Of a stretch of DNA of 64,000 bases, positions 48,150 to 59,395 are shown one piece after another. The notes beneath the pieces were generated by a model, which was given only the letters and a program-made list of their open reading frames with translations, had not been told where the DNA came from and made no database searches. A program made the translations under genes and the position numbers. This DNA comes from Octopus vulgaris (taxonomy: Eukaryota). Position 1 is the first letter of the stretch. Every line of letters starts with the position of its first letter. The stretch covers positions 116,064,001 through 116,128,000 of the forward strand of contig OX597822.1 in the NCBI GenBank assembly GCA_951406725.2, written 5' to 3'.

Positions 48150-48519
48150 TCTCTCTCTATATAAAGCTGAAGTTATCTGTGTATGGCAGGGTTGGCAGCC
48201 TTCAACTAACACTATCTCCTCTGAGACCCTGCGACACAAGTTGACCAAAATTGAGAGTATGATAGAAGAAGGCTTGCTCTTCAAATTCAAAAATTCAAAT
48301 CGGACCATGTTAACACCAAAAATTATTTACATCAAAAAGGTGCTTTTTTTCTTTGAAAATCCCTATTTTTTACGATTTTTTGGCTGCTGTGTCGCCATTT
48401 TTCGGTGTATTTCAACCAGAAAAATGTTCACTTAAAGAGAATAAGAAGCTACATGATGCAAAATCTTTACTGTTCAAAAATTCCAAACAAACCCGAGCAA
48501 CGCCAGGCGATACTGCTAG
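48150..48519 (+). mobile_element. Non-autonomous Helitron
   Basis: Lies between A and T without a TSD; 5' TC(TCTC)TATATAAAG; GC-rich subterminal imperfect hairpin cccgagcaacgccaggc; 3' CTAG at 48516-48519. Confidence 0.8.
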
Positions 48520-49297
48520 TTTGTCTATACTGAATAAAAGAAGATTATTCAAGGTTAAAACAGAATATCATCCTCAACATCATCTTCAACTCTACCACCA
48601 TCACCATCACCATCACTATCATCGTCGTCAGTTGTTAGGTATCCGATATTCTCTACTGGCATTTGTTACACAGAGAAACAGATATACATTGACTAACTAT
48701 TTAATAGTGAAAACTATATTCTCACATTAGAGAAGAATGTTGTATAGCAAAAGGAGATAAATATGACTGGATGATACATTACAAATGAAAACAGTATTGA
48801 TCCATAAGCACTGATTGTGTTTTTGCAATTAGATGGCCCAGCAGAACAATTCTGTCTACAAGCAGTACAAACATTCTTCAGCCAGTTATTAAAACACTTA
48901 CTAAAAACTCTTCACGTCAAACAAGAAATACTGAGGGAGCAATAGGGTGGCGATCAACATGGCTTTACTTTTTAGTACCCTAATCTTAGTGTCTTGCGTT
49001 TAAAACTTCACACCTTGGTTATTCTCCGAAGATCAATGCTTTACAAAGTAGTATTTTATTATAGATAGATGATATAATGGATAGAAGATTTGGAAGATTT
49101 GCTGACCAAATACAGTGAGGGATAAATCAGTCTTTTTAAATAAATTATAATGAATTATAATAGTACAAACAGTACTCAATAATTATTAAATGATAATCTG
49201 TAACATCTCCTGGTCAAATGGATGTTGTTAGCTTCTCATCCTTCTTTAAAAGATTAATACATTTGCACCGGTGGTGCAATTACATAATTGAAAATAT

Positions 49298-49460
49298 TTC
49301 ATCATCATCAACATTTAATGTCTGTTTTCCATATTGGCATGGGTTGGACAGTTTGACCAGTGCCAGGAAATAGGTTCCGGTCTGATTTGGCTAGGTTTCT
49401 ATGTCTGGTGCTCTTCTTAACATCAACCACTTTACAGAATGTGCCGGATGCTTTTTACAT
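49298..49460 (-). mobile_element. RTE 3'-end fragment
   Basis: (cat)n...tttccatattggcatgggttggacagtttgac. Confidence 0.75.
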
Positions 49461-49509
49461 TGAATACAGAATCCTTGAAGTGCCTACCAAACTGTAACGT
49501 CAAAGCTGC

Positions 49510-49746
49510 ACACTGATTGGCCAAAATATTTTGTTGAAAAATGCGAGATAAATGCTAACCATGTTGGCACACTCACCAAACCATAACATCTAAGTCACAT
49601 AATGATTGGTCGAAATACAATTCGAACTTAGTTGGTGTGCTCACCAAAGCATTTTGATTGGTCAAAATACAGTTCATAAGATTCAGTCTGCTGGAGCCCA
49701 TCGGAAGGTATTTAAAGGAGAAATTTAATCATTTAACTACAGTTGT
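49510..49746 (+). promoter_or_regulatory. Promoter-like module: three inverted CCAAT boxes, TATTTAAA, Inr-like site
   Basis: TGATTGG at 49514, 49603 and 49655 within imperfect direct repeats; TATTTAAA at 49709-49716; CAGTT ~30 bp downstream. Confidence 0.35.
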
Positions 49747-49893
49747 CAATTATGGAACACAACTGTCACTACTATCACATACACCTGGTGATTGCGATAG
49801 TCTTATCACAATAAATATATAATATTCTATTATTATGATATCGTAAAATTGTAAAAGTTGTAAATATGAAAATCAAACTATGTTGGAATTACA

Positions 49894-50341
49894 TTACTCT
49901 TTTACTCTTTTACGTGTTTCATTCATTTGACTGCGGCCATGCTGGAGCACCACCTTTAGTTGAGCAAATCAACCCCAGGACTCATTCTTTGTAAGACTAG
50001 TACTTAGTCTATCGGTCTGTTTTGCCAAACCGCTAAGTTACGGGGGACGTAAACACACCGGCATCAGTTGTCAAGCGATGTTGGGGGGACAAACACGGAC
50101 ACACAAACATATACACACACATACATCATCATCATCATCATCATCGTTTAACGTATACATATATATATATATATATATGTAGGTCCCGGGTTGATTCTGT
50201 TTGCCAAATCCACTCACAAGGTTCTGGTCGGCCCAAGGCTATAGTAGAAGACACTTGCCTAAGGTGCCACACAGTAGGACTTAACCCGGAACCATGTGGT
50301 TGGTAAGCAAGCTACTTACCACACAGTCACTCCTGCGCCTA
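49894..50341 (-). mobile_element. SINE family A, full length, with a tiny RTE-tail insertion at 50127-50154
   Basis: Complete head and tail; (CAT)n-CGTTTAACGT in the central microsatellite. Confidence 0.92.
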
Positions 50342-50382
50342 TTGATTAATACATTTTTCTATACACAATCATACAAACTCAG

Positions 50383-50422
<40 letters not shown>

Positions 50423-50993
50423 ATGCGCACATGTGCGTGTATAGACTATTTGAAGCGGTGTACAGATTTTATATACTAAGAAAAAGGAGATAGTCAGGAT
50501 TTGGATAAAAACTACTATTTATTTATAAAATATATTTATCTGCAAGAATCATTCACGATGCTTCCTTTTTAGGGATTGATCATGAATGATTTCTAATAGA
50601 AAATTCATACCTTTTATATATGTGTGTTGAAAAAAGTTTGGAGTTGAATTTTGTTTTCTTAAGTTTTGGGAAAAAGTATTTTGGGAGTGATTATTTGAGA
50701 AGCTCTTTGTCGTTTTGAATCTATTTATGTGTGTGTGTGTGCATGTATGTATGTGTACGTACATATATGTGTGTAAGTGTGTGTGTGTAAGTATACATGT
50801 GAGTTTTTAAAGAAAGAAAGAAGGAAAGAAGGAAAGAAAGACAGAGACAGAGAAAGAAAGTGTAGTTTTTCTGGGTGCAACTCACATACAGGTAAAAGGT
50901 ACAAATTTTCTATAAGAAATCATTCATGAGGGATCCCTAAAAGGAACAAAGGCACTAAATAGTTTTTCAAACTCTATCTCCTTTTTATTAATG

Positions 50994-51032
<39 letters not shown>

Positions 51033-51232
51033 AGGTAGGTAGATAGACAGATGTCTGTCTCCTTTTTTTTAACGCACACACACACACATATTTTCTGCAT
51101 TATCAAAACCATAGAAATAACGCATTTGTATTCTTATATAGTTCATTGCCACAGCTAAAGCACTTAAAAATTAAAATTTATTTCAATACTTTTGATTTCC
51201 TCTGAGTTATGCATAATATATATATATATATA

Positions 51233-51352
51233 TCACGTAATCACGTGACCGACCAGACCATCAGATGTTGTTACACATCACTGGTCACAATGCGTTCGCA
51301 TTGTTTTTTAGCCTTTGAATGACTCCACCCCGCTGGCTAAGTGAGCAGGCCA
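51233..51352 (-). mobile_element. 3' tail of SINE family C
   Basis: tcacgtgaccgaccagaccatcagatgttg...ctggtcacaatgcg; same segment at 58386-58492 and at the end of 60321-60595. Confidence 0.75.
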
Positions 51353-51436
<84 letters not shown>

Positions 51437-51769
51437 ATATATGTTTACTTAATGATGAGTCATCTAAAGCACAAATATGCACAATCTACCAAAGTAATTA
51501 GCTTAATGCCAACTGCTTTATGTAATAACTGAACACTCTATTCTATCAGGAGATTGAGTAAGCCTTCTCTGGGGAGTGATCAACAAATCATGAAACAGTC
51601 CATTACGAGATCCCCGCCCCCACCATCTTTTTATCACACGTTGAAAGTAAAGAAGGAATATAATTACGTTCTTATATAATTCATTATCCCGGCCTCAGCT
51701 TTCTAATATTTAAATTTATTTCAGTACTTTTGAGTCACAGTGTATCTTGTATGATATATTGAATTTGTG

Positions 51770-51928
51770 CTGGTGTGGCTCTGCGGTAAGAAGTTTACTT
51801 TCTATCCACAGAGCTTTGAGATCAATTCCACTGGGTGGCACCTAGGGCAATAGTCTTCTACTATATCTTTGGGTCAGCCAAAGCTTTATGAGCAGATTTG
51901 ATAAAGAAAGTGAAAGAAGCCCATTGCG
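51770..51928 (+). mobile_element. SINE family A head, decayed
   Basis: gtgtggctctgcggtaag...ggcacctagggcaa...aaagaagccc. Confidence 0.75.
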
Positions 51929-52093
51929 TGCATGTGTGTGTGTGTGTGTGTGTGTATTACTGTATCCTTGCTGTGATTTCATGTAATAGTTGTAAACAAG
52001 TGTCACCATCATGCAAGCGGTGTCCTTCATTTCCAATCTTCCATGAAAACGTGTCCGGTCATGGGAAATATTGCCTTATTTGGAAACTGATGT

Positions 52094-52240
52094 GGAGGTG
52101 CATGGCTTAGTGGTTAAGGTGTTAGAATCACAATTGTAAGACTGTGGTTTCAATTCCTGGACCAGGCGATGCATTGTGTTCTTGAGCAAAACACTTCATT
52201 TCACGATGCTCCAGTCCACTCAGCTGGCAAAAATGAGTTT
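52094..52240 (+). mobile_element. tRNA-derived SINE family C head
   Basis: A box tggcttagtggttaag, B box ggtttcaattcc, then ttgagcaaaacact. Confidence 0.8.
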
Positions 52241-52545
52241 AATACATGTGATACAGTTTATTCGTACCTCGAGTGATCTAAGGTCTCATTCTGTTGTTAC
52301 TCTCAGATTCATGCTCTGTTTTATGAGCAAAACAGGTATCCCTGCATCTGTTTGTGTGTGTTTGTGAGCTTGTGAGTGTGGGCACACACGTGTGTGTGTG
52401 CATGTGTGTGTGTGTGGTGATTACAGGTGATAGAGGAAATATGGTTAATTATGGAATCATAATTAAATATAAAGCAAAATAAAATTAGTAAAAACATGTA
52501 TTATTTAAATGGTCTGCAATTTATTACATCAGTCAGTAACATGCC

Positions 52546-52588
<43 letters not shown>

Positions 52589-52927
52589 CAAAAATGGATA
52601 AAAAAATTACAAAATGGAAAGTAAAAAAAAAATGCTATTTCCTGGAATCAAATAATATGAAACAATTTCTTAAACAAAGAAGATTACAGATAAACATTCA
52701 AAGTAAAGTTAATGATGGATTAAAATAGTGAAGAAAGAGAAAAAATTATAGACATTTTAAGCGAAATGTTTCTATAGATATTCTACAAGGGATTAACTGT
52801 AACTCATCACTAACAATCTTGGATGACCTCCAATAGCGGAATATACTCGGATCTACTTAAAACTGAGGAATTATTCTCATCCATTTTCATTGTCTCTCAC
52901 CCACTTGCTTAATTTTTCTTTTTGTCA

Positions 52928-52998
<71 letters not shown>

Positions 52999-53039
52999 TC
53001 TCACTCTCTTTCATTCATACATGTATATATTCTTTCTTT

Positions 53040-53213
53040 TATTCTTTTACCTTTACTTGTTTCATTCACATGACTGCAGCCATGCTAGATTACTGCCGTA
53101 AAGGGTTGAACAAATTGACCCCAGGACATATTTTTGGTAATACCAGTACTTATTCTATCGGTCACCTTTGGAAAACTGGGAGGCAAACACACCAACATCG
53201 GTTATCAAGTGAT
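53040..53213 (-). mobile_element. SINE family A tail
   Basis: tttacttgtttcatt...gcagccatgct...agtacttattctatcggtc. Confidence 0.75.
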
Positions 53214-53225
53214 GACTCAAAACTC

Positions 53226-53648
53226 TACTTGTGAAGACCTGTGGAGGCAAGTGGAAATCAGAATCAAAATCGAAATCGATCAACATCAATGCAAATTGTA
53301 GCTGTGATACCAGTGCCGGTGGCATGGAAGCAAACCATCCGAATGTGCCGGTGGCACGTAAAAAGCATCATCTGATCGTGGCCGTTGCCAGCCTTGCCTG
53401 GCACATAAAAAGCACCATCCAATCGTGGCCGTTTGCCAGCATCTTCTGGGACCTGTGCCGGTGGCACGTAAAAAGCACCCACTACATTCACAGAGTGGTT
53501 GGCATTAGGAAGGGTATCCAGCTGTAGAAACACTGCCAGATCAGACTGGGCCTGGTGCAGCCTTCTGGCTTCCCAGACCCCAGTTGAACCATCCAGCCCA
53601 TGCTAGCACGGAGAGCGGACATTAAACGATGATGATGATGATGATGAT
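53226..53648 (+). mobile_element. RTE (copy-1 family) 3' UTR fragment with hairpin units and (GAT)n tail
   Basis: Colinear with ~26187-26738. Confidence 0.9.
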
Positions 53649-53708
53649 ACATATGTATGATGGCTGCCCCCTCGTTATCAAGTATGGCCATTACACGAAG
53701 CTTAACTG

Positions 53709-54545
53709 TTACTGGTGCTGTGATCAAATGTGACTTTTTAGCCCAGCTAAAGATCTACAATGTCTTGTACAAAATTGGCAACTAAAACCTTTACTGGTAA
53801 TAGCCGGCTGTAGTTGTAACTGGGCTTCATGTACCTTTGAATGTCGTTTAAGTCCTCCTGCCAAATTACACTCTCTTCCACATGCCCGACAGATATGATT
53901 AGTATGGTGTGTTACACCACCACCAGTGGCCAGGTTGTCACTCATCTGTCTCGTTTTATGACTACAAAGATGACTCTTGAGTCCAGCTTTACTGAGGCAG
54001 GGTCTTGCACAGACACTGCATGTCAGCATCATAGAAAGACCCTTCCCATCTGGAAGTGTAGCAGCGATGCCCTTCCTGACATCCCTCCTTACTTTCTCAT
54101 GTACGACTCGAGATTTCTCAAAAGTGGCTGTCCCCTGGTGCACAATCCTTCTCCACCTACTAATATCCATAGCTATGCCTTCCCATGTGTCAGGAGAGAT
54201 GCAAGCATCTCTTAAGGAAGCCTTCAGCAAGTCCTTATACCTCTTTTTTGGTTTATGTGGAGGTTGTTCTCCTTTAGCTAACTCTCCATAAAAGAGTTGT
54301 TTTGGCATCCTTGAATCCTTCAACCTGACCAGATGACCACTCCATCTGAGCCTTTGCTTTAACACAAGAGCTTCTATACTTTCACACCAAGAGCCTTCCA
54401 ATATTTCAAGATCACTGATGCGGTCCTTCCGCTTAATGCCATAGATCCGTCTGAGACACATCTGATGGAAACGTTCCAGTTGTTTAAGGTGGTATTGATA
54501 TGTGACCCACGTCTCGCAGGCATAGAGAAGAGAAGGGAGCACACA
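53709..54545 (-). pseudogene. C-terminal part of a second RTE-clade ORF2 ending in three C2H2 zinc fingers
   Basis: [44 protein letters not shown] are RTE post-RT motifs; fingers CSVC-x12-HLCSH, CRAC-x12-HSKVH, CQFC-x12-HI*SQH. The N-terminus of the called ORF (54546-54710) is a (TA)n artefact. Confidence 0.9.
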
Positions 54546-54579
54546 CATGTATATGTATATATATATACATACGTATATG

Positions 54580-54623
<44 letters not shown>

Positions 54624-54630
54624 TATGTAT

Positions 54631-54687
<57 letters not shown>

Positions 54688-55048
54688 GGCACGTAAAAAG
54701 CACCATCCAAACATGGTCAATGCAAGGTCTGCCTGACTGGCTCCCATGCTAGTAGCATGTAAAAAGCACCGACTGATCATGGCCGATGCCAGTACCCACT
54801 GACTGGCACTTGTGCTGGTGACATGTAAAAAGCACCATCGATGCCAGGCCTACATGAATGGCTCCTGTGCTGGTGGCACGTAAAAAGCACCCACTACACT
54901 CTCAGTGTGGTTGGTGTTAGGAAGGGCATCCAGCTGTAGAAACATTGCCAGATTAGACTGGAGCCTGGTGCAGCTTCTGACTCTCCAGCCCTCAGTCAAA
55001 CCATCCAACCCATGCCAGCATGGAAAACGGACATGAAAGGATGATGAT
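54688..55048 (+). mobile_element. RTE-related 3' UTR fragment (different unit composition) with (GAT)n tail
   Basis: Repeated (gg)cac(g/a)t-like + gtaaaaagcacc units, then aggaagggcatccagctgtagaaac...ccatgccagcatggaaa. Confidence 0.88.
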
Positions 55049-55233
55049 ATAATATATATTATATATATCATAGATATATAATATATATATATATGTGTGT
55101 GTGTATATATACATGCATATATATATATATGTATATCATATATATATATATGTATATATATCATATATATATACTTTAATATTATTAGTGAATTGAAGAA
55201 ATGGAGTTGAACGAAGATTGAACAGAAATCGTT

Positions 55234-55328
55234 TTATTGCATTCTACACGTGTTTCGAAAGCCACAATTTACCAAATTCCAATTGAATAAGGAAACCATA
55301 TTGTGTCTTTCTCTTCAGGAAGAAATAG
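55234..55328 (-). ncRNA. Type I hammerhead ribozyme (homologue of 46934-47032), intact core
   Basis: Minus strand: UAUUUCUUC-CUGAAGA-[GAAAGACACAAU...AUUGUGGCUUUC]-GAAA-CACGUG-UA-GAAUGCAAUA; predicted cleavage after GUA, between 55245 and 55244; stem I weaker than in the other copy. Confidence 0.75.
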
Positions 55329-55383
55329 GAATTCCGTTGGCAAAAACAAAAACACTTTAAATATATATATATATATATATATA

Positions 55384-55426
<43 letters not shown>

Positions 55427-55431
<5 letters not shown>

Positions 55432-55740
55432 TAATCCAAACATGAAAAGGGAAAACACAACAACGCAAGGACGTGTAACATATAATACAAAATGTGACAA
55501 GAACACAAAACATCCGGACAACTAGGTGATACAAAAAGGGACAACAAAACATCCAGATAGACGATGCAAAAAAAGGAAGGACGGGTCATTCAAAGCTTTC
55601 TATCCTCAGTCAAGAACTGGATTATCCTCGCAATTTCGGCTGATTAATCTTGAGATTGCTCCAAACTGGCCAGCCCCAAGGAAAAATTAAGCTAAGAGCA
55701 TTAGATTCCTTGGAAAAAAGCATTGAATGTATACGTTCTC
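55427..55740. mobile_element. Composite repeat fragments, probably Penelope-like, between (TA)n arrays
   Basis: First ~50 bp match 47177-47230; remainder is bounded by (TA)n on both sides; class assignment is contextual. Confidence 0.4.
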
Positions 55741-55807
55741 TTATATATATATATATATATGTATATACATATATATATATATATACATATATACATATAT
55801 AATATAT

Positions 55808-55979
55808 AGGCGCAGGAGTGGCTGTGTAGTAAGTAGCTTGCTAACCAACCACATGGTTCCGGGTTCAGTCCCACTGCGTGGCATCTTGGGCAAGTGTCTT
55901 CTGCTATAGCCCCGGGCCGACCAATGCCTTGTGAGTGGATTTGGTAGACGGAAACTGAAAGAAACCTGTCGTATATATG

Positions 55980-56014
<35 letters not shown>

Positions 56015-56222
56015 TTGTGTGTCTGTGTTTGTTCCCCTAGCATTGCTTGACAACCGATGCTGGTGTGTTTACGTCCCTGTCACTTAGCGGTTCGGCAAAA
56101 GAGACCGATAGAATAAGTACTGGGCTTACAAAGAATAAGTCCCGGGGTCGATTTGCTCGACTAAAGGCGGTGCTCCAGCATGGCCGCAGTCAAATGACTG
56201 AAACAAGTAAAAGAGTAAGAGT
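55808..56222 (+). mobile_element. SINE family A, youngest copy (CpGs retained)
   Basis: ggcgcaggagtggctgtgtagtaag, ggttcagtccc, through ...aaacaagtaaaagagtaagag. Confidence 0.95.
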
Positions 56223-56801
56223 ATATGTACAATATATATATATGTAATATATACATATATCCATCTTTATTGTTTCTAAAAGTATTTCTCGTGCTTGTAT
56301 ATATAAGCATGAAAAATACTGTTAGAAACAAGAAAGATGGAGTGATAATTTTGGAAGTCTATCAAATGGTGCCAAGTGATAAATCTTTAAACATTTCCAT
56401 TTGGTTCAGTGTTCTCCGCAGAATCACAATTACATTTGAATTTGCATTGAGATTGTTGTTAGTAGCAGCAGTTGATAAGCATACATTCTGAAAGTTACTT
56501 CTCAGGAAAATTTTTTATTTTGGGGTCATTTCTTTTGAAAGTGGCTAGGAAAGCCATAGAAGGAGTAGGAGAGAAAGGGGGGAAAAGGGGAGACTCCGAG
56601 TTTAAGACAGCCTATCAAAGTATCACTAAAAGACCCAGACTTAGTTCTGCTTGCCAGTTACTCAACCAGAATCTAGCTTTCTGCATGAGTGACTGTGCCA
56701 AATCAACCTGCAGACACACACAGTGCTAGTCGTATGGCCGATGAAATGTAGCTAGGCTGGCTTCACGCAGGAAGACGGGGATAGAGAGGCAGAAGCAGGA
56801 A

Positions 56802-56910
56802 CCAATGGGGATGACTGGAGATGGATGGGAGGGGAGGAAGAATGTGGGGTTGGGGGAGGGGGCGGGGGGGGGGTATAAAACAACAGAATTGACTGATGCA
56901 TTTCTTCAGC
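56802..56910 (+). promoter_or_regulatory. Candidate Pol II core promoter (CCAAT - GC box/G-tracts - TATAAAA - Inr-like)
   Basis: CCAAT at 56802, GGGGCGGGG at 56859, TATAAAA at 56874, GCATTTC/TCAGCTT 26-34 bp downstream; unique, locally GC-rich DNA. Confidence 0.4.
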
Positions 56911-58385
56911 TTAGCCCAGCATAAATCTGAGTGGTTAACTGTTAAATGGAAGATTGCCAGCACGGAGAAGAGAGATGTGATGCAGTGAAGCAGCGTACAT
57001 ACATGTTAGTATCACTCACACCATGAGCCAAGCCGAGAAAATAATACAATGCTATATTACATGTATAATGGGTAAAACACACAGCATATATACACAATTT
57101 ATACAAAAAGGAAAAAAAAAAACACCATTCCACTGAAACCAATTTAATTCCTGGAATATTTAAATGTACAAATCAATATAACGATTCAGAATGTGAAATA
57201 AAATATTTTATCACAGCATTTATTTTTTTTAAATAAATAAAAAAAAAATTGTCTTTTTTTAGTTGTTGTTTTTTCATGTTGGGATTTAATACATCAGTTA
57301 GCAGAAAAAAAATATATCAGATAACTTTTTTTTTAAATAAATTCTCCTGTTTCACTTACATTAAATGTTAGGTAAAATGTTAGGTATTTATTTCCTTTAA
57401 AAACAACAACAACAAAAGAAAAGTATTCAAAATTATTGATAATGAAATATTTTAAAAATTTACTGTTCACTGGAGTAAAACCCCAGAAGTCCATTACTGC
57501 TCCAATAGTGGTAGATCAGGATTTCTAAAGAACATTAGAAAAATGGAGTTTTTTTCAAAGGTATACATGCAGAAAAGCTGTTTGTTAATACCCACTTTTA
57601 ACTGCCAATAATAAAATTGAAGAAACACACACACACACACACACACTCTCTCTCTCTCCCTCTCCCTCTCTCCCCACCACACACATATAGCTAATATCAT
57701 GTCATGAGGTAGTTTAGCTTCTAATCACAGCCACATGATATAGGTAGTAGCAGTAGGACACATAACACAAGAAGGTTAGCTGTGCAGTAGATTAAAGATA
57801 TGTACATATATATATATGTATGGATCTTTCTCTCTCTTCCTCTCTATACACACACACACACACACACACACAGAGTCAATATTATAGAAAGAATGCAATC
57901 AAAAGGTGCATAAGAAAACTGCAGTAAATTCTGAGTACATTGCCACTGAATCTCCACTTTTGGTGCATCACACAGCTGGAACTAGCCAAGCCCAAAGGCT
58001 ATGGACTGCTGCTTTGGTTTACTCAAGTCAGTGGAGAAGTCCTATTGCACAGCTACATTCAAGTGTCAAGAGTTAATAGAGAGCCATGAGACGGTGAAGG
58101 AGCGATGAAGCAGTTATACTTCTGATGGCAAATAGCATTAGATTACATTGATAACAGAGGCAGAATTCAGCCAAATCATATATAAATTAACAAACATAAT
58201 TAGATAAAAACAACTAACAAGGTTAAATACTGATGAAGGAAGACAATAGGAAAAATCTGTGCAGATTGGACCAACATAGAGAAAAAAGATGTAAAACCTC
58301 AGATGAATAAAGGAAAATGGTTTCACACTCATTTACACAATTTCTTTAACTCTTTGAATATAAAAAATAGAATTACCCAAAATAT

Positions 58386-58492
58386 ATCACATGATCACAT
58401 GATCAACCAGACTGTCAGATGTTATTGTACATCACTGGTCACAATGCGCTTTTGCCTTATTTCTAGCCTTTGAGTGATGCCACTCTGCTGGC
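58386..58492 (-). mobile_element. 3' tail of SINE family C
   Basis: Homologous to 51233-51352. Confidence 0.75.
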
Positions 58493-58904
58493 ACCACTGG
58501 ATTAACCACTCAGCAAAATAAGCACGTGCTTAGGGCATCAAGGGAAAAAAGGGAGCACCACGGAAATGGTAAATGGTTTATGGCACAAAAGAAATCACTT
58601 TAAACTAGCTAAAATAATATTCAAAATGGTTTATATGATCAGGAATATAACCTCAAAGTGTTCATGGTGTCATAGTGAGAATCTGATCAAAGACTTTGCA
58701 ATTAAAAAAAGGAGAAAACTTTTCAAATATAAATAAAGAAGAAGGAGACAAAAATAAACATCATTTTCCATTTTACTGTTAATTTCATTTCATTTTGAAA
58801 AAATACAACTTATTTTATGGTTATTTTGTTGTTTATATTTTTAATTACACATAAATGGGGGCACCAGAATCTTGTAAGTGCTTAGGCCCTCAATAGGTCT
58901 TGAT

Positions 58905-59072
58905 CTGGCAAACATTGCCCCTGATTGGAAGGCTAGTCCATCACATTTACAGTTGAGTGGAGTGGAATAACAGAAACTGAAAGTTTTTTGGCTCAAGAAC
59001 ACAATTGACCACTTGATCGAGGAATCAAACCCACAATCTAGCAATTGTGAGCGCAACACTCTAACCACTGAG
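58905..59072 (-). mobile_element. SINE family C head, decayed
   Basis: gctcaagaacacaa...ggaatcaaaccc...ctaaccactgag. Confidence 0.7.
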
Positions 59073-59395
59073 ATAGCAATTTTTGTATGACTTAATGGAT
59101 TGGTCAGTGTTTAGTTAAGTATTTAGGTGATCGTTGTAATTTACTTATTGAATTTATTTACCGATACAGTTGTACGTAGGGTAAATGAGTTTGAAAGTTG
59201 TGGTTTCTTTGGTTTGTTTGTTCCCAAACAACACTTGTTTTAGTGCTGTTGACACTGTCAGATTAAATGGTACCACCCTGGTGTCGAAACCATAATGATA
59301 TCCGTGGGGCAGCTGATGATGGAGGTATGGTGGATTGTTGGTATGGCTGCTTTTGTAGATGTGGAAGGATATTATAACTCATCCTTTTGATATGT

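Noticed and set aside
51565-51605. ctgggga-gtgat...atcat-gaaacagtc, resembling a hammerhead
   Set aside because: Core mutated at an invariant position and no stem I pairing; at best a dead relic.
53724-54710. 328-aa ORF as a host C2H2 transcription factor gene
   Set aside because: The start lies in an RTE UTR plus (TA)n, and the body is LINE post-RT sequence; reported as a retroelement fragment.
55808-55880. tRNA gene
   Set aside because: A and B boxes are present but there is no complete cloverleaf, and it continues into the SINE body.
56615-56710. Minus-strand acceptor tgtctgCAG with frame VDLAQSLMQKARFWLSNWQAELSLGLLVIL*
   Set aside because: Poor pyrimidine tract, nearby upstream AGs and no recognised homology.
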